Counted from the first letter of the stretch, positions 17,979 through 28,961 are shown. The stretch is 57,189 nt of DNA from a bacterium (GCA_021811685.1 JAJZNT010000022.1:1-57189), one strand, 5' to 3'. The notes: a model not told the origin generated them from the letters alone. Numbers and translations: made by a program.

Positions 17979-18046
17979 GCTGGGCATAAATAGTAAGTTT
18001 AGGGAGTACTTTGACTGATATGTCTTGATAATTTACGATGTGCTTA

Positions 18047-18055
18047 TGCTATAAT
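18047..18055 (+). promoter_or_regulatory. extended -10 promoter element TGcTATAAT upstream of the pilus operon
   Basis: TGCTATAAT read at 18047-18055, about 145 nt upstream of the pilN-like GTG start. Confidence 0.35.
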
Positions 18056-18200
18056 TGTGTCAACATGAAGTTACCGAGTGGGATAACCGAATTATTAGGA
18101 ATTAACATAAACATGCATATCAGTAACGCCCTATATCTCAAATGTTCTGTATGTCAGTACGGTGCTCGAGCAAAAGGGTTAGATTTAGGAGCGATTTAGA

Positions 18201-18917
18201 GTGGTACAGTTTAATCTTTTACCTGCTGTTAAACTAGAATATCTTCAAGCTAAGCGCCTGCTTAGGCTAGTTATGTCAATTGCGGCTTTGGCTGCAGGGA
18301 CAGTTTTTATTCTAGCTGTTGTTTTAAGTGTTTATGTGTATTTGCTGCAGAGACATAATATTAGTAATCTAAACGGCCAGATAAATTCGGCTAAACTGCA
18401 ACTAAGCCGTAATACCAACCTAAATAAGATTCTTACCGTTCAAAACCAATTGGAATCGCTTCCTTCTTTGGAATCTCAAAGCCCTGTTACGTCGAGACTG
18501 TTTGATTATCTATCTGAGCTAACACCAGTTAACGCAGATATTACTAATTTCAGTATTGATTATACTCAAGACACAATGGAAATTACTGGTAGCGCAGACT
18601 CATTGGTAACAGTAAATCAATATGTCGATACTTTAAAATTTACTACTTATGCCTTAAACGGCCAAGATACTCATAGCGACGCCTTCTCGTCGGTAGTATT
18701 AAGCTCCTTTGGTATTAGCCAGAATGTTACGAACGGGAAGCCGGCTAGTTACATAATTAATTGCTCTTTTAACCCAATAATATTTAACGTTGCCGACAAT
18801 GCAAGCTTACATGTACCACCTAACTTTATAACCACGCGCTCTATCACACAGCAACCTAAATTATTTGTTGCCGTCCCTAAATCCACCAGTACGACTCAAG
18901 GGGGAGCAAATGGCTAA
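18201..18917 (+). CDS. pilN: PilN-like type IV pilus assembly protein
   Basis: GTG start after AGGAG. N-terminal FNLLP motif, a single TM helix, then a periplasmic-type domain. First gene of the pilus operon. Confidence 0.6.
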   Translation: MVQFNLLPAVKLEYLQAKRLLRLVMSIAALAAGTVFILAVVLSVYVYLLQRHNISNLNGQINSAKLQLSRNTNLNKILTVQNQLESLPSLESQSPVTSRLFDYLSELTPVNADITNFSIDYTQDTMEITGSADSLVTVNQYVDTLKFTTYALNGQDTHSDAFSSVVLSSFGISQNVTNGKPASYIINCSFNPIIFNVADNASLHVPPNFITTRSITQQPKLFVAVPKSTSTTQGGANG

Positions 18918-19590
18918 TAGTAAGCAAATATCTAATAAGCACCAGCTGATTGCTAAAATAAATAAGCAAATTGTAGTCGTTGCGTCTGTAGGCATATTTG
19001 TATTTCTGTTTTGTGCTTTTGCGGCTAAAGACCTCATAAGCACTATGGATTACCAAAATCAAGTTATAACTGCAAAGCAGGATGCTGAAACCAAACTCGG
19101 TCAAGATGTTGTTGCAGACAAGAGCTTGGTAAAATCGTATGAGGCTTTTGTAAGCACACCTACAAATATTATCGGAGGTGTTACATCATCTCAGATACCG
19201 ACTGGAAATAACGGAGACAGTAGTAAGATTATTCTGGACGCCCTTCCCAGCCGCTATGATTTTCCGGCACTCATAACAAGCCTTCAGTATTTACTTACCA
19301 GCAATGGAGTAAAGCTTACGGGAATTGGTGGTACGGACCAGCAGCTTACTGTTAACCAAGCTGCCAGCTCTAATCCCAAACCCGTAGATATGCCGTTTAC
19401 TTTTTCGGTATCCGGGAGCTACCAAAGTATTCAAAATCTGGTTGGAGCTATACAGAGATCGATTAGGCCTATAGATATTCAGACAGAAGATTTTACGGGG
19501 GATCAAAATAATCTAACTTTTAGTGTTACTGCGCAGACGTACTTTCAGCCCGAAAAAGCCTTTAAGCTAGTGCCGGAGACCATTAAATGA
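18910..19590 (+). CDS. pilO: PilO-like type IV pilus assembly protein
   Basis: The ATG overlaps the pilN stop by 8 nt. TM helix VVVASVGIFVFLFCAFA followed by a coiled-coil region. Call supported by position after pilN. Confidence 0.5.
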   Translation: MANSKQISNKHQLIAKINKQIVVVASVGIFVFLFCAFAAKDLISTMDYQNQVITAKQDAETKLGQDVVADKSLVKSYEAFVSTPTNIIGGVTSSQIPTGNNGDSSKIILDALPSRYDFPALITSLQYLLTSNGVKLTGIGGTDQQLTVNQAASSNPKPVDMPFTFSVSGSYQSIQNLVGAIQRSIRPIDIQTEDFTGDQNNLTFSVTAQTYFQPEKAFKLVPETIK

Positions 19591-19853
19591 AACAGAAAGA
19601 CTGGCTAACTCTAGGAGCTGTTGCCATAGTAAGTGTTATCATCTCGCTGGTTGTTACCAATATGATATTTAATAGCTCCAGCTCAAGAAATCAGCAGGTA
19701 GATGTGGTGCCAACCATATCGTCTAGTTTTCCTAAGCCAGACCCTAATTACTTTAACAGCAGTTCTATAGACCCGATACAGCTAATAACGATTGGAAACG
19801 GCGTAAATTCCAGTCCATTCACGCAACCCACTAACCAGTCCAACCAAGGATAA
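19587..19853 (+). CDS. small single-TM protein of the pilus operon
   Basis: 88 aa. TM helix LTLGAVAIVSVIISLVVTNMIF. Overlaps the upstream stop (ATGA). No family recognised. Confidence 0.45.
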   Translation: MKQKDWLTLGAVAIVSVIISLVVTNMIFNSSSSRNQQVDVVPTISSSFPKPDPNYFNSSSIDPIQLITIGNGVNSSPFTQPTNQSNQG

Positions 19854-19862
19854 ATATAATAC

Positions 19863-21662
19863 ATGAGCGTACTATCCGATACGACTCAAAAGCGGGTTGA
19901 GCAGGAGATTATTCGTGCTAAGTTAATGACGGCAGATGAACTGTCTCAGCTTAAGATTAAGGCAGAGCGGAATGGTATACCGTTCATGAGTTTACTGGTT
20001 AGCGAGGGCCATGTCAGTGACGAGCAATTCACTAAAATTATGGCCCGTATTAATGGCCAATCATACGTGAATTTAAGCAATGTGCGTGTTGATCAAGCAA
20101 TTCTGGATTTATTGCCTCAGGATATAGCCGAGCACTATATGGCGGTTCCGCTCGGGGAAATGCAGCACAAGTTAGTCGTAGCTATGCTTGATGCGCAAAA
20201 CGTTCAAGCGGTAGATTTTCTTTCTCAGCGTATTGATCGGCCACTTAAGGTGTATGCTGCCAGTGAGGAGGGCATAAAGAACGTTCTTAAGCAGTACAAG
20301 CTTAGACTATCTAAAGATGTTGTAGGAGATGTGGTAGCGGGTTCAATAGAAGAACCTGTTGCGGAGGAGAAGGGCAAAAAAGGCTCTAAGACCGAAGGCA
20401 ATATTAAAACTATAGTTCAAGACTCACCAATTTCTAAAGCCCTATCTACCATTTTGGAGTATGCTGCCACCAATAGAGCGAGTGATGTGCATATGGAGCC
20501 TACTGAGACTTCATATAAGATACGTTGCCGGGTTGACGGAGTACTAAGAGAGATATTGCAGTTGCCGAAAAGCGCAGAGCCAGCACTGGTTTCCCGGGTT
20601 AAGATCCTAGCTAACCTTAAAATAGACGAACACCGTATTCCTCAAGACGGAGAATTCACCGTTAAGGCAGCTAATAAGGCTATTGACCTTCGTATTGCCA
20701 TATCTCCGGTTATTTGGGGAGAACAGATCGTTATTCGTTTGTTAGATAAGACCGGGACTAGTCTTAAGTTAGAGGACATGGGCTATACCGGCAGAACACT
20801 TAGGGCGGTACGCAGCGCTCTAGGGCAAACCTCCGGCATGGTATTAACTTCAGGCCCCACTGGTTCTGGCAAGTCGACCTCGATGTACGCTCTGTTGCAG
20901 GAGATTAAGAATGACAAGGTCAACATTATTACCATGGAGGATCCTGTCGAGTATAAGATTGATGGGATTAATCAGATACAGGTTAATAACGATGTTGGCC
21001 TGACTTTTTCTGCAGGACTTAGATCTATTCTACGTCAAGACCCGGATATTATTATGGTCGGCGAGATCCGGGACAAGGAAACGGCAGAGCTAGCCGTTCA
21101 AGCCTCACTAACGGGGCACCTAGTGTTTAGTACACTTCACACTAATTCAGCTTCTGGCATTTTGCCGAGACTGCTAGATATGGGAGTTGAGCCCTTCTTA
21201 ATTGCTAGTACGGTTAGAACGGTCATCGGACAAAGGTTGGTGCGGAGAATAGGGGACAAAAAGCAAACTTATCAGTCCGAGGCCGCAGAAACAGCAGCTA
21301 TCAACGCTACCTTAAGTGGAATTCTGCCTACAACTAAAGAGAACCAAGACGCAATTAGTAAGGATTTAGGCTATGGCAGCTTGCCACTTCAGGTACAAAG
21401 CGCTTATACTTTAACCAGGGGAATAGACAGCGTTGATTCGCCGGATGGTTATAAAGGGCGAATTGGAATTTATGAAGCGTTTGAGGTTAGCACCAAAGTA
21501 CAGGACTTAATTTTAAAGCGTGCTACCAGCGCTGAAATCCAAGAGCTTGTTAAATCCGAGGGTATGATCAGTATGCGTGAAGACGGAATGCTTAAGGCTT
21601 TAACGGGGCATACTACAGTTAGCGAAATTAACAGAGTGGCATCAAGCGATAGCGCCGCATGA
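19863..21662 (+). CDS. pilB: type IV pilus assembly ATPase PilB (GspE family)
   Basis: 599 aa with an N-terminal GSPII domain, Walker A GPTGSGKST, and Asp/His boxes (IMVGEIRD, TGHLVFSTLHTN). Confidence 0.9.
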   Translation: MSVLSDTTQKRVEQEIIRAKLMTADELSQLKIKAERNGIPFMSLLVSEGHVSDEQFTKIMARINGQSYVNLSNVRVDQAILDLLPQDIAEHYMAVPLGEMQHKLVVAMLDAQNVQAVDFLSQRIDRPLKVYAASEEGIKNVLKQYKLRLSKDVVGDVVAGSIEEPVAEEKGKKGSKTEGNIKTIVQDSPISKALSTILEYAATNRASDVHMEPTETSYKIRCRVDGVLREILQLPKSAEPALVSRVKILANLKIDEHRIPQDGEFTVKAANKAIDLRIAISPVIWGEQIVIRLLDKTGTSLKLEDMGYTGRTLRAVRSALGQTSGMVLTSGPTGSGKSTSMYALLQEIKNDKVNIITMEDPVEYKIDGINQIQVNNDVGLTFSAGLRSILRQDPDIIMVGEIRDKETAELAVQASLTGHLVFSTLHTNSASGILPRLLDMGVEPFLIASTVRTVIGQRLVRRIGDKKQTYQSEAAETAAINATLSGILPTTKENQDAISKDLGYGSLPLQVQSAYTLTRGIDSVDSPDGYKGRIGIYEAFEVSTKVQDLILKRATSAEIQELVKSEGMISMREDGMLKALTGHTTVSEINRVASSDSAA

Positions 21663-21677
21663 AGTAAAAGGGAATAT

Positions 21678-22745
21678 ATGCAGGGACAACCAAGAATTGA
21701 AGTACTCCTAGAAGAGGTCTTAAAGAAAAAAGCATCTGACTTGCATGCTCAAGTCGGTTTGCCGCCGATGATCAGGGTTGATGGAGCACTGATGCCGGTT
21801 AGCGGAGCAGATGTGCTAAACGAAGAAGGCGTAGAAGCGCTCATCTTTGCGGTGCTTGATGAAGATCAAAAACAGATTCTTCTAAAAGATAAGGAGTTTG
21901 ACTTTAGCTTTGCCTTTGGTGATTTAGCGCGCTTTAGGGTTAACGCGTTTCACGAACGTGGCAATCTGGCGGCGGCCTTTCGTTTGATTCCTAACGAAAT
22001 ACTCACGATTGAACAGTTGGGGCTGCCACCTATAGTGTCTAAATTTGCTGAGTATCCTAGGGGGTTAGTGTTAGTTACTGGACCAACCGGCTCGGGTAAG
22101 TCTACTAGCCTGGCGGCACTTATTCATAAGATAAACATGGAGCAGGCGAGACACATTATCACCATAGAGGACCCGATAGAGTACACCCATAAGTCCAAGA
22201 AATCGGTTATTGTCCAAAGGGAAGTCCACTATGATACTTACTCGTTTTCAGTAGCCCTTCGTTCGGCGCTTCGTGAAGACCCCGATGTAGTGCTTATCGG
22301 AGAGATGCGTGACCTTGAGACCATAGCCAGCGCTATAACTATTGCCGAAACCGGACACTTAGTATTCGCTACTCTGCACACCAACTCAGCCAGCCAATCG
22401 ATTGATCGAATGATTGACGTATTTCCGCCGCATCAGCAGGCGCAAATACGCGCTCAGCTATCGAACATCTTAATGGCCATTTGTTCGCAGCGCTTGATCC
22501 CGGTTATCGGTGGTGGCCGAATTGCCGCAGCAGAAATTCTGACCGCGACACCGGCAGTACGCAACATTATTCGTGAGGGTAAGAGCCATCAGCTGGACGC
22601 GGTAATCCAAACCGGCGCAGAGTACGGTATGCAGTCAATGGACCGCACGCTGGTTTCCCTCATAAAAGCCGGCACAATCAGCTTTGATGATGCTAAGGAT
22701 GTAGCGATTGACCTCGAAGAGCTTAACAGGTTAATGAGGGAGTAA
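21678..22745 (+). CDS. pilT: twitching motility ATPase PilT
   Basis: 355 aa with SDLH, GPTGSGKSTSLAAL, LIGEMRD, TGHLVFATLHTNSA and AIRNIIREGK-like motifs. Confidence 0.9.
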   Translation: MQGQPRIEVLLEEVLKKKASDLHAQVGLPPMIRVDGALMPVSGADVLNEEGVEALIFAVLDEDQKQILLKDKEFDFSFAFGDLARFRVNAFHERGNLAAAFRLIPNEILTIEQLGLPPIVSKFAEYPRGLVLVTGPTGSGKSTSLAALIHKINMEQARHIITIEDPIEYTHKSKKSVIVQREVHYDTYSFSVALRSALREDPDVVLIGEMRDLETIASAITIAETGHLVFATLHTNSASQSIDRMIDVFPPHQQAQIRAQLSNILMAICSQRLIPVIGGGRIAAAEILTATPAVRNIIREGKSHQLDAVIQTGAEYGMQSMDRTLVSLIKAGTISFDDAKDVAIDLEELNRLMRE

Positions 22746-22749
22746 GTAT

Positions 22750-23979
22750 ATGTTGGCTTATCAGTACACGGCCCGTAATCCCGTAACTGGGAAACGCGTT
22801 AAAGCAAAAGTTGAGGCACAAAGTGAGTCTGATGCAACAAAGCTTATACGGGGTCAGGGACTTACGCCTATTGAAATTAGGTTAGAGAGTTCAACGTTCG
22901 GAGGTTTTTCTAAACACTTAAAAAGAGTGAGAGCTAAAGACAGGGTTCTGTTTGCCAGGCAATTGTCAACTCTTATCAACGCGGGCTTGCCTCTTGTGCA
23001 GAGTCTGCGACAGGTATCCGATCAGACTACCAGTAAGCCACTGAAGGTTATTATTGATGATCTTTTATCTCAAGTTGAAGGAGGGGTGTCCTTTGCTAGT
23101 GCACTGCGTAAACACTCCGATGTTTTTAACCAGGTTTTTATAAGCCTAGTTGAAGCCGGAGAGTCATCAGGTACGCTAGATACAGCACTTGAGCGAATTG
23201 CGATTCAACAGGAAAAAGATGCCGATGTTATAAGTAAAGTACGCGGAGCCATGATATACCCGATCATAGTAGTCGTAGTAATGATAGCGGTAGTGACCTT
23301 TATGCTGGTTAAAGTTTTACCTCAAGTGCAGATGCTTTATGTGAGCTTCCCGGGAACAACACTTCCTTTACCGACTCGAATAATGCTGGATATCTCCCAC
23401 TTCGTAATTAAATATTGGTGGATAGTGCTTATACTAGTCATTGTCTTGGTGGTTGGCGGCTGGCGTTATAGCAAGTCTTCGTCGGGGGACAGGTTCTTCG
23501 ACATGTTAAAAATTCGTATGCCTCCACTTTCCGGTTTGATGCAAAAAGTATATATGGCAAGATTTGCCCGTACGGGTTCAACTTTAGTAGCTGCAGGCGT
23601 ACCCCTGCTTCAAATGCTCAACATAACCGGACAAGCAGTATCTAATGTGCTAATCCAGGATTCGATTAAGAAAGCTTCAGAAAAAGTCAAGGGGGGTAAG
23701 GCCCTGAGCGATTCATTAACCGGAGATCCAAACTTCCTGCCTCTCATTCCAAGCATGTTACACATAGGTGAGCAATCGGGCTCGCTCGAGAAGATGATGG
23801 AAAAGAGCGCAGAATACTATGAAAAAGAAGTAGATGACGCTATAAAAAATATTCAGTCTCTACTGGAGCCGGTCATGATGGTGCTTTTAGGTATAGTGGC
23901 GCTGTTTATCGTAGCAGCGGTACTATTACCGATCTACAATTTGGCAGGATCTGGAGCTATTAACCAGGGCGGAGTCTAA
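22750..23979 (+). CDS. pilC: type IV pilus platform protein PilC (GspF family)
   Basis: 409 aa with two GspF repeats (FARQLSTLINAGLPLVQSL / FARTGSTLVAAGVPLLQML) and three TM segments. Confidence 0.9.
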   Translation: MLAYQYTARNPVTGKRVKAKVEAQSESDATKLIRGQGLTPIEIRLESSTFGGFSKHLKRVRAKDRVLFARQLSTLINAGLPLVQSLRQVSDQTTSKPLKVIIDDLLSQVEGGVSFASALRKHSDVFNQVFISLVEAGESSGTLDTALERIAIQQEKDADVISKVRGAMIYPIIVVVVMIAVVTFMLVKVLPQVQMLYVSFPGTTLPLPTRIMLDISHFVIKYWWIVLILVIVLVVGGWRYSKSSSGDRFFDMLKIRMPPLSGLMQKVYMARFARTGSTLVAAGVPLLQMLNITGQAVSNVLIQDSIKKASEKVKGGKALSDSLTGDPNFLPLIPSMLHIGEQSGSLEKMMEKSAEYYEKEVDDAIKNIQSLLEPVMMVLLGIVALFIVAAVLLPIYNLAGSGAINQGGV

Positions 23980-24069
23980 TATTGTGGATAAAACTTGCTT
24001 TTTATCTAGAATATCCCTATTATGCTTAAGCATAAGCGATGAAATTAATGCAAAGGGGGCATTTGCAAA

Positions 24070-24651
24070 ATGCTAAAGCAAATTAAAAGACAAAAAGAAG
24101 GCTTCACGATCATAGAAACGATGATAGTGTTAGCAATAGCCGGTTTAATAATGTTGATCGTGTTCTTGGCTGTTCCTGCATTACAGCGTAGCGCCAGGAA
24201 CACACAACGTAAAAACGACGTTGGAGGCATAGCCACGGCGGTAGCTAACTATATAGACAATAACGGTGGTACATTGCCAGATTCTACAGCTCCTAGCGGG
24301 TCTAGTACTACGAACGTTCTAATTGGTACGGGGTGTTCTACGGCAACAAACTCATGTACGGGTAATTCAGAAACTGTTAAGTTGGGATACTACGCACCAG
24401 GTAACGTTGTGTTTTATCCTAACGGGCCTGGCGGTACTGCAAGTCCAGCACCAGCAGCTAACGACAATATATCTGCACTTCTTTCTGCGGCAAGTGTTAC
24501 ATCAACAAATTATCAAGAGTATGTGTTAATTGTTGATGGATACGCATGTAACTCTACTAATACGGGAATAGGTAATGCCAATACTCGCACGGCAGCTGTA
24601 TTATATGCGCTAGAAGGCTCTGGAAACACTTACGAGTGTCAAGAACAATAA
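24070..24651 (+). CDS. pilA: type IV pilin (probable major pilin)
   Basis: Prepilin leader MLKQIKRQKEG followed by FTIIETMIVLAIAGL (G-1, F+1, E+5). AAGGGGG SD. Confidence 0.8.
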   Translation: MLKQIKRQKEGFTIIETMIVLAIAGLIMLIVFLAVPALQRSARNTQRKNDVGGIATAVANYIDNNGGTLPDSTAPSGSSTTNVLIGTGCSTATNSCTGNSETVKLGYYAPGNVVFYPNGPGGTASPAPAANDNISALLSAASVTSTNYQEYVLIVDGYACNSTNTGIGNANTRTAAVLYALEGSGNTYECQEQ

Positions 24652-24734
24652 AGTAAGCGAAAATAAATCAGCAATATCACCCTCGGTATCGAAAATGAAC
24701 CGGGGGCGATAGTCTATATTAAGGATTTTATAAA

Positions 24735-25562
24735 TTGGTAGTTTTAATCTTATCTATTACGGGGTTAATATGCGGTAGCTTTGTTAATGCTCTTGTTTGG
24801 CGTATTCACGAGCAAAGCATGCTTTCAAAAAAAGATATTGCTAAAAGAAAGGAAATATCTGTTCTACGGGGCAGGTCAATGTGCCCGGGCTGCAAACATC
24901 AGCTTTCAATAGTTGATCTTATACCTGTAATTAGCTGGATCTTGCTTAAGGGGCGATGTCGTTATTGCAAGAAGACAATAAGTGTCCAATATCCCCTTGT
25001 TGAACTACTAACGGCAATACTCTTCAGTTTGTCATATATACTATGGCCAAGCTCAATTCACGGCGTAGTTATTTTTGAGTTTATTATCTGGTGCATGCTG
25101 CTAACTGGCTTTATGGCGCTTGCCGTTTACGACCTCCGCTGGTATATCTTGCCGAACCGTATAGTTTATCCTTTGTTTATTCTAGCCATATTAATATCTT
25201 TTGCTCCAATAGTGTCTCATGCTGGCATAAAATCTACCATCGTTGATGCACTTATAGGTATGGCTATAGGGGGTGGTCTGTTTTACGTATTGTTTGTTGC
25301 CTCTAACGGCTCTTGGATAGGCGGGGGCGATGTAAGGCTCGGTGGCCTTCTAGGGCTTATTGTGGGCGGTCCCTTTGCGGCTATGCTGATGCTAATGACG
25401 GCTTCCGGCGTGGGCACCCTTATAGCTGTTCCTCTTGTTATGGCGGGCAAAGCTAAACGGAACACTCGTATACCGTTTGGTCCGCTGTTAATTGTTGGGG
25501 CTATTGTTGCCGAGTTGTTCGCAGCATCCATCAAACATTGGTCCCTGCACCTTTTTTCTTAG
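24735..25562 (+). CDS. pilD: prepilin peptidase (A24 family) PilD
   Basis: Polytopic membrane protein with an N-terminal Cys motif (CPGC...CRYC) and GGGDVRL / GPLLIVG Asp-box regions. TTG start. Confidence 0.85.
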   Translation: MVVLILSITGLICGSFVNALVWRIHEQSMLSKKDIAKRKEISVLRGRSMCPGCKHQLSIVDLIPVISWILLKGRCRYCKKTISVQYPLVELLTAILFSLSYILWPSSIHGVVIFEFIIWCMLLTGFMALAVYDLRWYILPNRIVYPLFILAILISFAPIVSHAGIKSTIVDALIGMAIGGGLFYVLFVASNGSWIGGGDVRLGGLLGLIVGGPFAAMLMLMTASGVGTLIAVPLVMAGKAKRNTRIPFGPLLIVGAIVAELFAASIKHWSLHLFS

Positions 25563-25608
25563 ATAGGCTATTAATAGAGTGTTAAGAAACGCTTATGGTA
25601 TACTGGTG

Positions 25609-26526
25609 ATGATGAAGGGTGGTCCCATGACCTCTGGCTTTACTATTATAGAGACGATGATCGTGCTGGCTGTAACGGGATTTATTTTGCTGGGCGCAAT
25701 TATAGCCATGCAGGGTAAAACCAACGAGGCGGAGTTTATCCAGGTTGCCAATAATCTTCAATCTCAACTACAGCGAACCGTAAGTAATGTAATAAATGGG
25801 TATTCGCCGCTTTTTGCCTCAAATGAAGCTTCGAGTAAAAGTACCTACAATTTTTCCTGTACTGCAATTTCAGGTGGGCCGACCGGTGGTACACTGTCAT
25901 TCTCGGGTAGTCCAAGCACAAGTACACAAGGAGCTAACCAGGGATGTACGTTTTTAGGCTACGCTTTGCAATTCTCTAACAGTTTCACATCAGGAGAGAA
26001 TTTATATACACAGTACACTATTGCAGGGGTTCAATATTGTGCAGGTGATGTATTAATTTCCGGAAGCAACAAATGTTTAAATGCCGTTTCTGTGCCGATT
26101 ACTTTATCCGAGGAGAACCCAACCGCTCTTTACCCTGCTAGTGTGGATAATGCCACACAAACCCTACCCACTAACCTAATTCAGCACAATAGTATTCAGT
26201 TCGGAGTCTATGCCAAGTCTATGTACTTCAATGATAACACAAGCAACTCAATTGGTGGTGTCGCTATGCTATTGTCGCCTAGCACTTCGTCACAACAGGT
26301 GAATCTATACGCTATAGCAAATAGTGATCTAAGTATGGACGCTCCTAACATGGCTAATTTTATAGATCAAGGCTTGCAAAACAGCTCAACTACTCCAGTT
26401 GATAACGTAGAGATATGTTTAGCTAGCGGAACCACCAATCAATCGGGTCTTATAACTATAGGTGGTGCCTCGGGGCAGCAAACCACTGTAACGTTAAATA
26501 TATATAGTAATAACTCATGTCAATAA
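25609..26526 (+). CDS. pilin-like protein (minor pilin)
   Basis: MMKGGPMTSG then FTIIETMIVLAVTGF, a prepilin cleavage/methylation motif. Confidence 0.7.
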   Translation: MMKGGPMTSGFTIIETMIVLAVTGFILLGAIIAMQGKTNEAEFIQVANNLQSQLQRTVSNVINGYSPLFASNEASSKSTYNFSCTAISGGPTGGTLSFSGSPSTSTQGANQGCTFLGYALQFSNSFTSGENLYTQYTIAGVQYCAGDVLISGSNKCLNAVSVPITLSEENPTALYPASVDNATQTLPTNLIQHNSIQFGVYAKSMYFNDNTSNSIGGVAMLLSPSTSSQQVNLYAIANSDLSMDAPNMANFIDQGLQNSSTTPVDNVEICLASGTTNQSGLITIGGASGQQTTVTLNIYSNNSCQ

Positions 26527-27065
26527 GTAGCAAATTCAAACTAAACAGGGTGGGCGATACTATGGTAGAAGTGTTATTGGCCCTGTCTATTTTAGGCTTA
26601 GTTCTGGGAGGAGCTTACGTAGTATTAAATAACAGCACACTAAATGAGCGTCGGGCTCAGGAACGTGATATAGCTCTTCAGCTTGCACAGGCACAAATTG
26701 AGTCTATGAAAGAATATGCGAACGTCTCAATATCCGACCCTAATAACCCAGCTAACAACATAATCCTTGCTGGGCTAAATAAGTTTTGTATGAGTATTTC
26801 TGGAACGCCAGCGCAAGTTATCTTGAACGATACTGGTCCTGAAATTGCCACAAATTGTTATGTAGACTCTTCAGGAAATGCAGACCCAATTGGTCCTACA
26901 GAAACTCAGCCACAATTCCAGCTTATTGATCAGTTAAAGGGCACATCTCCTCCTAGCATCTGCGCTACAAACCTTAATTGTGTATATAAGGTAGAGGTTG
27001 AATGGACAGATGTAAGCGGAAACTCCCAGGATTATTTAACGCTATACTATAAGTTGTACTCATGA
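26517..27065 (+). CDS. pilin-like protein (atypical N-terminus)
   Basis: KLNRVG then DTMVEVLLALSILGL with Glu at +5. Overlaps its neighbours on both sides. Confidence 0.6.
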   Translation: MSISSKFKLNRVGDTMVEVLLALSILGLVLGGAYVVLNNSTLNERRAQERDIALQLAQAQIESMKEYANVSISDPNNPANNIILAGLNKFCMSISGTPAQVILNDTGPEIATNCYVDSSGNADPIGPTETQPQFQLIDQLKGTSPPSICATNLNCVYKVEVEWTDVSGNSQDYLTLYYKLYS

Positions 27066-27814
27066 GAATCCGTTTTCTAGGAAAATTAAATACGATAGGT
27101 AGAGTTAGCCAAAAAGGCTTTACTATTATGGAGTTAATGGTAGCTACTACGGTGTTTACGGTGATCATGTTGATTCTGACCATTGCCGTCATTCACTTTA
27201 CTAATGGATATTATAGCGGCGTAACTCAATCAACTACCCAGACCGTAGCTCGTAATATTGCTAATTCCGTAGCTCAAGCGATTCAGTTTTCTGGAGAGCA
27301 ATATATTAGTAGTGCGCCAATAAAAGGTGAAGGAGCCTACTGTGTAGGAGGAGAGCTCTTTAGCTATAAACTAGGTTTTGAACAAGAGCCAAGCTCAAAT
27401 TCTGCAAACCCGCAGAACGTATTAGTTGAATCCCCTCAGCCAGGGTGCTCTGCGACAAACATTAAAACCCTTATGAGCTATTCATCGAATTTGCCGGCAC
27501 AAGGGTTATTAGGGGAAAACATGTGGCTCTCGAATTTCACTATTTCTCCAGTAACGAGCGCCACTCTTCCTGCAGGAGGTGTTACAACTGTTAATTCCAT
27601 ACTTTATAAGATTAGCGTACGGGTCCTATACGGATCCTGTGGCCTGTTAAAGAATACCGTCACTGGAAATAGCAATATTTGTCCACCTCCTGCAGCTCCT
27701 CCAGGTTATAATGCACTGGCTGTGGGATCTAAGATATATTGCATAGGTACCACCGGATCGCAGTTTTGCGCAACCAGCGGATTAAGTAGCGTTGTTGAAG
27801 CGCGGATTCAGTAG
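27062..27814 (+). CDS. pilin-like protein (minor pilin)
   Basis: Long leader ending in QKG, then FTIMELMVATTVF (E+5). Confidence 0.7.
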   Translation: MRIRFLGKLNTIGRVSQKGFTIMELMVATTVFTVIMLILTIAVIHFTNGYYSGVTQSTTQTVARNIANSVAQAIQFSGEQYISSAPIKGEGAYCVGGELFSYKLGFEQEPSSNSANPQNVLVESPQPGCSATNIKTLMSYSSNLPAQGLLGENMWLSNFTISPVTSATLPAGGVTTVNSILYKISVRVLYGSCGLLKNTVTGNSNICPPPAAPPGYNALAVGSKIYCIGTTGSQFCATSGLSSVVEARIQ

Positions 27815-27833
27815 TAGAATAATATACATAACC

Positions 27834-28961
27834 ATGAGCGGTAAGCTCCAAAGATACCGGTTACATCAAAGAGAGGAGGGGTTAGCATCCTTTCTAGTTA
27901 CCGCTATTATGATAATTGTCATATCTCTAATAGTTCTTGGGTTTGGTGTTCTCGCTCGCAGAGAGAACCAGACCGCGCTAGACCGCCAGTTAAGTACGCA
28001 GGCCTATTACGCTGCCGAAAGCGGGGTAAATGACGCCATTAAGGCAATACAGGCTTACCAGGCGGCAAACCCAGCATTAGCTACCAACCCTCCTTCAAAA
28101 ACTAACTGTAGTAACACTAAAAGCGATCCCTACTTGGCGCTAAGCTCTAGTTCAAGCTTTAGCTTGTCTTCGGGGGGTAAAGCCAGTTATAGCTGCCTGT
28201 TAATCTTCACTCAGCCAAGCTCATTGGTTTATGACAGTACTACATCTAAAGTAATTAACATTCAGGATAATAGCGGCGCTAGTTTTCAAAGTTTGTCCAT
28301 AGAATGGTTAGACAGTAATTTCACAAATCAGGCGGCTTTTAATAATTGTCCCTCTAGGGGAACTTTTCCAGCCTCTTGGCCAGATAAATGTGATGCGGAC
28401 GTGCTTAGGGTTGACTTGGTACCCGCGGCGGCACTTGAAAGCGTAACTCCGCTGAAGGCGCTTGAGAGCCAGACGTTTACCGTTTTTCTATACCCAAGCA
28501 CGGCTAAAGTAGGCCCTACTATTACTTACAATCCTAGTCCAAGCGGAGAAGGAGCTATCGTATCGGCTGGTTGCATTAACACTGGCTGTAGCGCAACAAT
28601 TAATAACCTGAATCAGAACCAATATTATATGCGGGTAACAGCAATGTATGGGATTCCTCAAAACATAACCATTACTGGCCAGGACGCAAATGGTGTTGCT
28701 GACTTTAGTCATGGCCAAGCGGTAATTGACTCAACCGGAAGAGCACAGAATGAGCTAAGGAGAATTGAGGTTAGAACCACAATCAATAATCTTAATAATG
28801 GATTTTTCCCGGCCCAAGCGTTGCAATTAAAGGATTCTATCTGTAAGAGGTTTTATATAACGCCTAACGTTGGTGGTGGAGTTCCGGGTAATCCTAATCC
28901 AGGGGAGCCTAACTTTGACAGCACTGCTCTTGCTGACCCTGCAGCATGTAGCCTTATATAA
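27834..28961 (+). CDS. PilX-like minor pilin / pilus tip-associated protein
   Basis: N-terminus EEGLASFLVTAIMIIVISLIVLGFGVLARRENQTALDRQLSTQAYYAAESG resembles the PilX N-terminal domain. Start set to the first ATG. Confidence 0.55.
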   Translation: MSGKLQRYRLHQREEGLASFLVTAIMIIVISLIVLGFGVLARRENQTALDRQLSTQAYYAAESGVNDAIKAIQAYQAANPALATNPPSKTNCSNTKSDPYLALSSSSSFSLSSGGKASYSCLLIFTQPSSLVYDSTTSKVINIQDNSGASFQSLSIEWLDSNFTNQAAFNNCPSRGTFPASWPDKCDADVLRVDLVPAAALESVTPLKALESQTFTVFLYPSTAKVGPTITYNPSPSGEGAIVSAGCINTGCSATINNLNQNQYYMRVTAMYGIPQNITITGQDANGVADFSHGQAVIDSTGRAQNELRRIEVRTTINNLNNGFFPAQALQLKDSICKRFYITPNVGGGVPGNPNPGEPNFDSTALADPAACSLI